A stretch of 64,000 nucleotides of DNA from Chrysomallon squamiferum (lineage: Eukaryota; Animalia; Mollusca): assembly GCA_012295275.1 (NCBI GenBank), contig CM022670.1, positions 12,710,001 to 12,774,000 on the forward strand. The letters are read 5' to 3'. The notes below the pieces were generated by a model, which was not told the origin of the DNA, did no database searches, and saw only the letters and a list, made by a program, of their open reading frames with translations. Made by a program: the position numbers and the translations under genes. Below, piece after piece: positions 52,304 through 64,000 of this stretch (position 1 is its first letter; each line of letters starts with the position of its first letter).

Positions 52304-54282
52304 GAATTAGTATATTATAGTACATTATATTATAGTATATAGCGGTACAACAAATAAAATATGTTATTTACATTAGTTAGGTACACCAAATCATCTGTAT
52401 TAGTGGTCCGTCATTCTGTTTTGATCTTACTTCCTTTTGCCAAGCCACACGAGAAGTTATGGCCGCCGAAGCTGATTCACTTCCAAGCCACAAGGCATCT
52501 GATGATGTAGATACTCCTCAAACAGAAGTCCTGAATTCTATTTACAAATCAGGTGATTAAATCTGGATTGACGTTATATCGGAGTTAGTTACGTGTACAT
52601 TGTCTGTCTTGTGTCTCCACCTTAGTTAATAAATTATCGAAGTTATTGAGTCATATCACTTCTAGGCTGTAATGTCAGTTACAGATTGTGGGGAGGTTTT
52701 CAGTAATGTGACTTCTAGTTCTCAACATGTTTTATGATCTTTCATTTTCCAAAAATAAAAAATCACTTTGGAGTAACTGCATTAATGATGAAGTAACATG
52801 ATTCCTTAAGAAATCATAGAGAATAAATTAGCATCTAACATTGGAACATGATTTTTATCGTCTAGACATGAACTAGTGAATAGGAAGAGGAAATTTACCC
52901 ATTTGTTCACCAGTGAACATTCTTTCCCCTGCTTTTTTTTTGTTTTTGTTTTTTATCTTTGGCGTGCATTCTGCCAATGTACTGTTATCCGCTCCACAGA
53001 ATTTGATAGTTTTCATATTATTACATCAGTTGAATGGCGGTAAAATGTTCCAGTTGTTTATGAAACATGGGAAGTCTGCCACAAAGGATGTTATTTGTTA
53101 TTACATAATTAAAAACTGATGTCTGTCAGTTTAATGAACGGATTATTTTCAAAAGAGGAAAGGACTGTTATGATGATTACGTTGAAGAAGAAAACGACGA
53201 TGAAAGAAACTGAATTATATTTATCTGATTACTGGAACGATAATGATGAATATCTTAATAAAGATGGTAATATTAAAATGTTACCGGAACTTTCTATATT
53301 TTAAAAACAAACAAACAAACAAACAAATAAATAAATGATAACAGCAACACCAGCAACATCAATAACAATAATAGTTTACTTTTTAAAAGTTTAGATCGTC
53401 AGACAAGAGTAAAAATGAACATAGCATCTAATTAAATACTTTAGAAAAGATTCATCTTTTCTTTTATTTATTTATTTATTCATTTTTTTATTATTATTAT
53501 TATTTCTCTGGAATATACAACGACTGATTTGTGAAATGTGCCAGTTTTCTTCTTTTTTCCTTTAGTATTAGTAGTAGTAGTAGTAGTAATAGTAGTAGTA
53601 GTAGTATCAGTATTAATAGCATTTATTTATTTATTTGTTTGTTTTTTGTTTGGGTTTGTTTGCTTGCTTGCTTGCTTGATTTTTATTTGATCAATCGTAT
53701 TAATCACTCACATATTGATTAAACTCAGAAAATAATTAACACTTTTACCTGAGAACAGAAAAATGAACAACAAAACAAAACAAAATAATTGTTGAGGTTT
53801 AGACATCAGGTTTCTGACAGAAGGTGTATGGTTTTAAATGTCTTCTGTCTAATCTCGGTAAAATAATAAATGTTTGTTAATGACACCTCAAAACTTAGTT
53901 TTTTTGTATTGTATATATTAACCGATATTATGTGACAGATATGTGAGTTGATTTGTGTAATGAAGTAAGAAGAGAGTAAACACGTTTTCGCTATCACTGA
54001 GTTTCTAGTGTTGATTGGTAACAGATACGTTTTTTGTGTGTGTTTTTTTTTTTACAACATATGAAACTATTTACAACAGTAATTTGTTGAGTTTTTTTTT
54101 TTTTTTTTTTTTACTTTTACAATTTCTAAGTTGCCGATTTGGTGGATTTTATTTTCTAATTTTCTAATTTTGTAACATTGAAATTAATGATGACATTTTA
54201 AAGTTATTGTATCTGTTGATGAATCTGCATCTTTGAAAGAGAGATAATGGCAAATGTATATAGTAGATAAGTGTTTGTGAAT

Positions 54283-54304
54283 GTGTGTGTGTGCGTGTGT
54301 GTGT

Positions 54305-54351
<47 letters not shown>

Positions 54352-54363
54352 TGTGTGTGTGTC
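54283..54363 (+). repeat. (TG)n microsatellite
   Basis: Directly visible. Confidence 0.95.
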
Positions 54364-55556
54364 TGTGTGGCTTATATCAGGACCTGCTAATATATGTGTG
54401 TGTATCTGTATGTGTCTGTATGAATGAATATTATTTATTACGTGTACATATGTTGTTTTCCTTTATTGATATTTATTTGTTTTCTCAATAATAATTATTA
54501 CTATTCAGAATCTCTAACTTACTCACAAGTACTGCAACCTGTGAAAACGAACAGCTGTTTTAAACGATTTTTGCGGCCACCTTGTTTGTATGACAAAATA
54601 ATGTTAATTGTGCGCTCGAATGAATCGCAGTAAACTTGTACGACATATGTCAATGGAATAAGAAATCGAAGAAAACCTAGCCACAGAGTCTCGTTATAGT
54701 CAGTGCTTGAACTGCAAATGTGTAGAGATAACCCAAGTTCCATCTTTGTCAAACGCGTAAACCGAATGTTATCTCGATCGTTAACTGTTTCAATTAAAAT
54801 TAATTAGAACATCGCAGTCGTGTTGATTTTTGATTCGTTGAAGAGGTTCAACGTTTTCAGATTTCTTCGATTCAAGGGTGTCGAATCAGGGAACTGGGTT
54901 AGGGTCATCTGTTAGGAAAAGAAAAGTAGAACTTCTGTTACTGCTGTTGTTCTTGTTTTTTTTTCTTTTTATTGTTATTGTATTTTTTTTTTTTTTTTTT
55001 GATTTTGTGTTGTTATTTTGTTGTTGTTGTTTTTTGTGTGTGTTTTGTTTTGTGGGTGGGTTTTTTGTGGGATTTTTTGTGGGTTTTTTGCCTATGTATC
55101 ATATTTTGGTTATGTATGATTATTTTATGTGAGTTTGTTTTGAAGCTTTCTGTTATCGTTTTTCTTTTCCAGCTTTCCTCCTTATTTTCTTTTCTTTTTG
55201 AATATATATATTTTTATCTGTTCTTCTTGTTTTTGTTAGTTTTTGTTTTGTTTTCACTTTATTTCTTTGTCTTTTTGGAGCTGCTTACAGAATTTCATTT
55301 TTTTTTTTTTTTTAATATTGTCATCATCTATCTGCTGTGTAAGTATGGTTATTATATGTCTGAATAAGCATTATTATCATTATTACTATTACTATTATTA
55401 TTATTATCATTGTCTGTGCATGTTTCTCTGTTTGTTTTTTTTTTTTTGTTTTTACTTTATTGATTTATTGATTTATTTTTAAATTGATCTTCTCTGCTGC
55501 GTTCCTTTGGGCTTAAAATTTTTTCTTCGTTTTATATTGTCTTTCTTTTTTCAACT

Positions 55557-55558
<2 letters not shown>

Positions 55559-55611
<53 letters not shown>
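55559..55611 (+). repeat. Poly(T) run (about 53 nt)
   Basis: Directly visible. Confidence 0.95.
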
Positions 55612-55612
<1 letters not shown>

Positions 55613-56624
55613 AAGCCTTTTCTTTGCATTTCTCATTAAAAACATTACGGGTTTTCTCGACGCCGTTTATTTCGCGTTCAAATTGTCCAATCAATCCGAA
55701 ATCGTGCTTTAATTTCTTTGCCCTTTTTGCACGTCTTTCCTTAGATGAAAAGAAAGAGAAAAGAAAAAGAAGAAAAAAAAAAGATTAAAAAAAAAAAAAA
55801 AAAAAAAAAAGCTAAACTTACCGTCATCAATCGATCCAGCTTTTCCCGTTTCATGTCACATCAGTCAAAGGTAGTAAACCATGATATCGAGGATGGGGGC
55901 TTGGGAGGGGGGAGAATTAAGAACAAAACAAAAACAAAGGGGAAAAAGTGATCGTTTTAACGTTTCATCCTATGAAGCAGCTATCGCATTATTTTATTTG
56001 CTTCTGTGACGTAACATCTCACAGGGGGTTCTTCAATTTGCGACTGGTTTTGATTTAGTGATCTATTATCGAGGCTCCAGAGGAGTTCCCTCGTCCTAGA
56101 AATATCAACTGCTTAAACTCATTGTTTTAATTATTATTTATTACGTATTATAATTATTAAAATAAATTCTGTCCCCAAAAAGTTATCTCCTAAGTAAATG
56201 CAGGATATTTTATATATTGAATTATTGATTTATTGATTTATTGTTTGATTGATTTATTATTTTTTATTTTTTTGTTTTCCTTCTACCATATGGACTTTCA
56301 GTACCAGTGTTGCTGCTATTACTGCAAATACTGTTATTGAAACTACGGCTTCTACTCTGATGGTTGTCGTCGTTATCATGATTATCACGTCATCAGCAGC
56401 AGTATCGTCATCGAGATTACCTCCACTATCATCATCACCACGATCACTGTAATATGAGCAGTATAATGTTTTGTTATATAAGTGATACCTCGGTTCTCGA
56501 ACGTCAAGAAATAATATAAATTGGATTGATCAGTTCCAGAACCCCTATAATTACTCATTACATATGTATGTATGTATTGTGTGTGTGTGTGTGTGTGTGT
56601 TTAAATATAATAATAATAATAATA

Positions 56625-57780
56625 TGGAAATGGAAATGGAAAAAAATTAACGTGCTAAAAAAAGACGGGCACGCTTTTCTGACAGGTCAGCGGGCGTGTC
56701 CGTCGCAGAAAAGAGTTTTGGGTAATAGAGAGTGGGTTCTCGCCACGATTGCAGGACGCAAGGGAGTATCCAGCATATCGGATCGTAACGAGTCGGTACC
56801 GATGTTTCGCAGCCGCAATTCGCCCCTTGTGGTCTCCGGCACAATCTCTCAGCCATCACCGGGTCCGTGTTGTTTGCCGTCCTGGTTGTTCTGCTCTTGG
56901 CTGCTGTTGTTGTTTATTTTTGGCTGCTTCCTTCTGGTCCACGTAGTCCAAACCTGTTATTTTTTTATTTTTTTATTTTTTTTTTTTTTGGCCAATTTTT
57001 TTTATTGTTTTAAAAGATACTATAAACACCTGCAACTAAAACAAATAAGAACATAAATGTAGTTAATTTATTTACATTTTATTTTATTTTAATTTAAAAG
57101 ATGTTATAAATCCTGCAGCTAGGACAAAAAATACGGAAAAAAAAAAAAAAAAAAAAAATTCAGTTATTTATATTATAAAAAAAAAAATTAAATTGAAATA
57201 AAACACCATAACCGGGTTAGTACTGTCTGAAAGTAGGAACGTATAGTACTTTTATCCTTGTTTTTAATTATTAATTTAATTGGCCATTCAAATTGATTCG
57301 TCAATCAGCCGATCCATCCGTAGATCCATCAGCTGTTCAACCAATCAATCCGCAAGTCAATAGATTTATATAATTGTTGTTTGTTTTCGTGTCAAAAAAA
57401 AAAAAAATTTTTAAAGTTTGTGTTTTGTTTTGAGAATGTAATTTGTTACTGCAGCGAGGACTAACTCTCTGACTTTCATGTTTGGTGCCAGGATGTGTTG
57501 GAGCGTGAACTCGATTTTTAGTTCCTCCAATGTATTGCGTAGTGCTTGTTTTTCCTTGGCAAAATTTGGACAGTGAAACAAGTAGTGTTTCATGGTTTCT
57601 GAGAGTCCACAACTGCAGTTAGGTGATGTGGTGATGTTATGTTTGTATCGAATTGCGTTTAGATTGGGTGAGTAACCAATTCGGGCTTTGGTGAGATTGT
57701 TGTTGTGTAGTTTGTTGGTGAGTGTGATTTGGGATGTTTTGGCGAGTGGTTTGATGTCTAAGTGCTATTTGTTTTTGGTG
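56625..57780 (-). mobile_element. 5'-truncated non-LTR retrotransposon (LINE, probably I-group such as Nimb/Ingi/I) with long 3' UTR and (TTCCAT)n tail
   Basis: ORF2 C-terminus at 57411-57779 (-). GC-rich 3' segment 56650-56955 ending in a stem-loop (56664-56704). Tail ttccatttccatttcca on the minus strand. AATAATAATA on both flanks (56615-56624, 57781-57790) as putative TSD. Including the 3' UTR in the element is inferred from the tail and TSD. Confidence 0.72.
57411..57779 (-). pseudogene. C-terminal fragment of a LINE ORF2 protein with CCHC zinc knuckle
   Basis: TKNK*HLDIKPLAKTSQITLTNKLHNNNLTKARIGYSPNLNAIRYKHNITTSPNCSCGLSETMKHYLFHCPNFAKEKQALRNTLEELKIEFTLQHILAPNMKVRELVLAAVTNYILKTKHKL*. Matches the 'IKP...L.RLRIGH..LN...P.C.CG..ET..H.L..CP' C-terminal pattern of non-LTR ORF2. 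One in-frame TAG at 57765-57767 (probably mutated TGG). Confidence 0.88.
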
Positions 57781-58798
57781 AATAATAATAAAAATGTATT
57801 CAAATTTATACTTCCCCTGCAATAGGTGACACTAATAACTCTTTAATTGCTCTTTGCCTGTACTGAGCAGAAATAACAGCGTAACTGGCAGTGCTGGGTT
57901 AAGTGGAGAGGTGGACGGATGTTACTGTCCGGTAACTCTCATTCCGAGGTTCTTTTTCTTTTTATACCTCTTTTCATCCTGTTTCTGCTTCAGACTCGCT
58001 GGACTTCATTTTCATGAAAGGATTGTTTCCGCCTGCTTTTTAAAATGTTTTTGAAGTATAATATGGCATTGTCATTTAAAAGGTTTATAAGGGTGCATAA
58101 TAGCCAGATTTTCTTTCAAAGAAAATTATGACTCAGTAACGAACTAAATTTTTTTTTTTTTTTTTTAAATTGCTTATATTCACTGAAGTTTCAAACATGT
58201 TTGTCAGGACATACAATCCAGCAATATCTGAGATATCTGCCCTGGAGAATACCACTGTTACTATTTTGAATATTAAGTATAACCAAGAAAAGATACTGAA
58301 ACTGAACTTTTTATTTTATTTTTTTCCAATAGCTGTGGTTAGATGCGGTCTGGGGATACACAAAGCTCTCAGGACTTTGACTTAAGACTTGGGTCACTGT
58401 GGCAGTTGAAGAGGTATCGATGTGCATTTAATTCGTATTGTTCTCTGTTACTTATGCGTAACTAGTAACCAGGGTTAATGTGGTAAACACATCGATTCCA
58501 GAAACGATACACTGCAGGCGTTAAAAGGTTTCTTTTCAAATGCGTAGATAGGAAGAAAAACGATTCTAGGCATTGCATTAATCTTTAATGTTATATGTTC
58601 CATGAGTCAAAGAAGCTAAAAAATAAATAAATAAGTGAAACACTAATGATACTGTTCGTGGTTAGCAGACTAGTGCTTTAGAAAAATTACTTTCAATAAT
58701 AATAATTATTATAATAATAATCCTGATGATGATGTTGATAATGATCGTGATGATGATAGTGATGATGATAACTGAGGTCATTAATTGTGCCTGTTGAT

Positions 58799-58902
58799 TT
58801 ATGTACGTATGTACGTATATTTGTTTGTGTGTATGTATGTATGTATGTATGTATGTATGTATGTTTGTATGTATGTATGTATGTTTGTATGTATGTATGT
58901 AT

Positions 58903-58936
<34 letters not shown>

Positions 58937-59163
58937 TGTATGTATATATGTACGTACGAGCGTACCAGCGTACGTAGTATGTATTTGTATGCATTTTAGA
59001 ATTTGAATATTCTCTGTCTTGTGTACGACAGATTAGGCTCTGCACATAGACAATTTTCGGGAACACACTGGCACAGGAGGACAAAATATGTATAAATGTA
59101 TGTATGTATGTATGTATGTATGTATGTATGTATGTATGTATGTATGTATGTATGTATGTATGT
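58799..59163 (+). repeat. Two (TATG)n microsatellite tracts (~58799-58955 and ~59096-59163)
   Basis: Directly visible. Confidence 0.9.
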
Positions 59164-60759
59164 GTAGGTTAGTTGGGTTTTCGTCTGTGTGCTTGTATAT
59201 ACGGCTAAATAATTAACTCCACAAATCTTTTGTTTCTACCAACGTCTTCTTCATCCAGTGGTTTACTCACACTGTATGATGTGAGAGAAGAAAATTAAAA
59301 AAAATAACAGTAAGTAAAAGTGAAACTTATGATGACTGGTCATTATCTCCCCGTGCCAAAACTCTTCTGTGTTTCGAGTTTAAATTAACTAAACTCGACA
59401 GTGGCGCTTTCCTTCAAGATTTACGATACTACCAACGACTTTTTAGCCTAACTGGTACACGAAATAATTGGCTAAGAACGTAAACGAAACTCTCCGTGTT
59501 TGCTTTTTTCCTCTCTCGCCGTAAAAAAATTCACCGAATAAACAAACAACAAACGTGTGTACATTTATGGCAACGTGGCACCGTCATGTAATGTAAAAGC
59601 AACTTGGACGTAGATAAGTTACTTTTTCCTGCTATATTAGATGTGTTTGTCTTGTTACTTTTATTTACCTTTCATTATTCATCACGATAATGTAATTAAT
59701 GTCAAGATAAAGGGTTTGGGGGGTTTTTGTTTTTGTTTTTTTTTGTTTTTATCGATTAATACTAAGTTTAATTTATTTACTTCTATTTCTACATTTAATT
59801 TGTATCAAGATAAAAGTTATTACTATTTTTTTCCTCTTTGTCTTTTTCTCTCTCTCTCTCCCTTTCTACTAAGATAATTTATTCTTCCTTATATTTATTC
59901 TACTAATTCTTATACTACTATAGCACTAATACTTATAATACGATTACAAACATCACCTCTAATAATAATAATTATAATAATTATTGTTATGTTCGTCTCT
60001 TCTTGGACGTAATCATCAACACCTGACACAACTATAATCATTCTGTTTTTCTTGATTCCTTCTTCCTGATCTGTTGTGGGGTTGACGTCTCTGAGTGAAG
60101 TTTTCACTCCAGAACAAAATAGTCGCAGCTCTCTGATTTGATTTTAATTACTTTAAGATAAGTAGGCAATACTGAAGTATTTTTGACACTCCCCCAAAAA
60201 AAAAAAAAAATGATGATGATGATGATGATGATGATAACGCTTATCAGATACTATAAAAATTATTACCATAATAATGATGATGATGATAATAAAATATTGA
60301 CTGTGATGGTGATGATGAAGATATTGATATTCTAATAATAAAAACCACAACGACGACTGTAATTATGTGTTCATTATACACACTGCTGATTTGATATACG
60401 CCAGTAATTCGTTACTGAGATGTGAAGACTGAGCTGGAAGTGAAATCGTCACTAATTTTGTTAAGTGTCTGATAAACGAAGGCGAAACCGGTTTTAATTT
60501 CACACTGGAGGACTGTAAAGTCACAAATTCTCTCGAGAAGCGTGACATACGACATAAAAGATGAAATAAAAGGTGAGGTAAACTGAAACAGGAATGTGTA
60601 TTTTTAGCTGGAGTAATATTGAAATGACGTGTGTTTCTTGATCAATTAGGTCGCGTTGTTCGCTTCTGGTTTTTTTATTTTTATTTTTTTTTTATTTTTG
60701 GTTTTTTTTTTATATTTCAGGCGGGTGGTGTTCGTTTTTTTTTTTTTTTTTTTTTTCAT

Positions 60760-60915
<156 letters not shown>

Positions 60916-61588
60916 TTCCCTCTGACTCTCTAACTCTGTATCAGTACTTTTTTCCACTTCACCATAAAGAACGAATTTGCTTCGTGCTAAGACTCATATC
61001 GAATCGGTCAGCAGTGCCTGAAACAGTTGACAAATCTCGTGAAATACCAGCAACACCACACAAACACGCAAAGGAAAATTAACTTGCATTTCAAAATATC
61101 TGCATTAAGCATTTATATAAATCTAATTTCACTTAGTCTTCAATCTTCCACAACAGAATCCTAGGACCTTTCCTTCTTAAACGGAATCAGGTTAATTGAC
61201 TAGTTAAAATTTTAGTCGCTATCCAAAATAAATTTACTTACCTACCTATCATCTTCGAAACATGACTCCCACCGCGGTAACTATTTCTGGGTTTCTTGTT
61301 TAGATGGAAATAGGTTTAAAAAAAAAAAAAAAAAAAATTAGGTTCGCTATATAGGTCCAATTTGCAGTTGTCTTCTAATCTTCTGCTATCACCCGTTACG
61401 GTTCCTGGAACTGCCCTTGTTCGCGTGGAAATAAGATTAACGATCTTCACAGCTCCTCATCTTCCGACACGTTTCTCCGAGTGATTTAATCATCAGAAGT
61501 CATCAATCCTAGCAACACTTACAAGTAAAAATATTGAGAACCATTCACTGGTTCATCCAGACAGATGTTAATGTGAATATTCGAAACC

Positions 61589-61707
<119 letters not shown>

Positions 61708-62724
61708 TGTTGAAAGTTAGTGAGAGAGAAAGAGAGAAACAGAATGTACGTGTGCATGTGTAGAAACGAAACGTACAGAAGTAAGGGAATACTGACAGGA
61801 AAACGGATGGATTGACAGATTCAGATACAATCCGAACAGTATCAAGGTAAGATGAGTAACTGATAAATTACTGGAAAAAAAAAAAAAATTTGGACAATCT
61901 GATTTATTAAAGGCGAGACACATTCACCACATTTTATTGTCTGCAGACTGACTTAATTTTACCAACAGAATCTATTCTAAATTTCGGACAATGTTTTTAT
62001 CCATCAGTTTTAATGAATCATTTAAAAAAAAAAAAAAAAAAAAATAATAATGTTTAATTACATTTCACTCATTAGTGAAAACATTAAGTTGTTTATTTTT
62101 CTTAACATATTTGCACCAAAGTGACTGGAAAAATGACAATTTTTTTTTTTATATAAAATGCACCTCCTTAAAATCACTAATACTTATCTCATCTCTTTAT
62201 CTCCCTGCACTCAGTCGCTGGCTCTCCCACGTCTTTGCCGTCCTGTCGCATTGTACAGGGGGCTGCGTTAGTTCACTGCTGGCAAATCAATGCAAGTGAA
62301 TTATGGAGTGTAACATTACTTACGTCCTGCATTTGAACAAACAGCTAAGTGCTTTTGCCATTCGACCCATTGAACCATTATGACTGAACCTCACAATGAA
62401 TTACTGACTTCAAACAACATCCGTGAACGTCCGGTCAAGGCTGGGGAAAAAAAATCTGATTGCTGTTGTTTTTAGCTCGCTGTCTTTCTCAATATCTGTG
62501 TTGCTTCGTTTCTGTCTGTTTCTATTCAACTATCTGCCGGTCTATCTATCTGTTTCGTCTCTCTCTCTCTCTTTCACTGTCTCTGTGTGTTTGTGTATGT
62601 GTGAGTGTGTATGTGTGTCTTTGTACATATATATGCGCCTCTAATATTTCGTTTTCTTTCTCTTTCTCTCTCTCCGGATATGTTATTTTCATTATATCTT
62701 GCAATCTCTTTGTGTGTATGTCGG

Positions 62725-62962
62725 TACATACACATACATACATACATATATACACCACTCACACACACACATATATACACACACACACATATATATACAT
62801 ATATACATGCATACATACACATATACATACATACGAACATACATACAAACGTACATTCATACATATATACATACATACATATACATACATACATACATAC
62901 ACACACATACATACATACATGCATACATACATATGTATACATACATACATACATATATATAT
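62725..62962 (+). repeat. Degenerate (TACA)/(CA)/(TA) microsatellite
   Basis: Directly visible. Source of the HTYI-rich ORFs. Confidence 0.9.
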
Positions 62963-63467
62963 CGGACTGCGGGAGAATGGGTGCCATACGTTCGAGTCTC
63001 GTCAGCGGCATATGACGAGGTTTGTGAGGTCGTGATTGGACTTTGCCCTCCTGTTCCAGCGCATTCTCTAATACTGTTTATGTGCAGAGTCTAATCAGAT
63101 GTACATACGACAGAGAATATTCAAAATCCGAAACTTCTATCTCTCTTCTTTTCTTTCATTTTCTCTCATTCGTGCATTCGTTCTCTCCTAAATGCAACAT
63201 TTTTCTATGAAATAATAGCATAGGTGTTCACCTTTCACATCTTTACCCGCTCCAGGATAAAAACCAGACGTTCCTCATCCAAAGCTCTTCTGTTACAGTT
63301 CTGCATTTTCTTCTTCCATCTTTTGAAATTCTCGGCTGCTTTACATGTTTTCCCGTTTCAGCATTAATTGTGCTGGTTTTCGTTTTGTTTTCTTCTTGCT
63401 TTTGGTTTGGTTGTTGTTGTTTTTTCTTGTTTTTTTTTTTTTTTATACATTTTTTTTTCTGGGAGGG

Positions 63468-63468
<1 letters not shown>

Positions 63469-63528
<60 letters not shown>
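63469..63528 (+). repeat. (ATT)n microsatellite
   Basis: Directly visible. Confidence 0.95.
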
Positions 63529-63529
<1 letters not shown>

Positions 63530-64000
63530 TTTTTTTGTTGTTGTTGTTTTTTGTTTATTTTTTTTTTTAGGTCTGAGGTATTTTTATTTATTTATTTATA
63601 TTATAGATTTTCCAACACCATAAAAACATTGTATTTTGAATGCTTACAGATATATGCAGTCCTGAATTTATTTTTATAGTTATTTCTTAATGCAGTAATT
63701 TTTTTAAATAAATTAATAGAGAATTAATTTAAATTATTATCTGTTTATTTGCACACTTTTATTAATTAATTTGTTTTTAAATTTATTTGTTCATCTTTCT
63801 TTCTTTTCTTTTTTATTATTTTCTTTTTTCTTTTTATTCTTCTTTTTATTGTTGTTGTTGTTTTCAACAATTAATGTCTATTATTTAAAACGTAATAAGT
63901 AAAAAATACAATCGCTATCTTTAAACAGAAGATGAAAAACTGTAATTTGAAAATGAAGTTAAAACAACTGGAAACAAACAAAACAAAAAGAGATAACTTA

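Noticed and set aside
56770-56860. Possible hammerhead or HDV-like ribozyme in the LINE GC block (CGAAAC, CTGAGAG)
   Set aside because: The CUGANGA core and NUH cleavage triplet are not satisfied, and I could not build the HDV double pseudoknot.
56526-57056. 176-aa plus-strand ORF over the GC-rich block
   Set aside because: Antisense to the inferred LINE 3' UTR, starts and ends in simple repeats, and shows no domain similarity.
57884-57936. TGGCAGTGCTGGGTTAAGTGG resembling miR-34 with a partial stem
   Set aside because: Only the seed matches exactly, and pairing covers about 10 bp rather than a full pre-miRNA arm.
61269-61285. CCGCGGTAA resembling a conserved SSU rRNA motif
   Set aside because: Isolated 9-10 nt match with no flanking rRNA similarity.
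62318-62329. Minus-strand CAG|GAC|GTAAGT 3-nt micro-exon
   Set aside because: Weak pyrimidine tract and a nearby upstream AG; expected by chance without RNA evidence.

Overview
AT-rich eukaryotic (most likely invertebrate metazoan) non-coding DNA, dense in microsatellites and homopolymer runs. I could not recognise any host protein-coding gene, RNA gene or prokaryotic feature. Nearly all ORFs in the track are translations of simple repeats. Best-supported features: (1) an internally deleted Tigger/pogo DNA transposon (3961-4699, TA duplication) inserted into a 33-bp minisatellite; (2) a 5'-truncated minus-strand non-LTR retrotransposon (56625-57780) with an ORF2 C-terminal CCHC knuckle, a long 3' UTR, a terminal stem-loop, a (TTCCAT)n tail and a probable 10-bp target-site duplication (TSD); (3) small inverted-repeat MITE-like elements (365-617, 31347-31455, 35116-35322); (4) several minisatellites, including a heavily diverged but phase-conserved 27-bp array. 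Unique, CpG-retaining stretches between the repeats carry motif clusters (GATA/AP-1/ETS/C-EBP, RFX X-boxes, an E-box/TALE tandem) that may be enhancers in a gene desert or very long intron. Those calls, and a few candidate exons, are inference only. I found no solid evidence for a novel multi-gene system.
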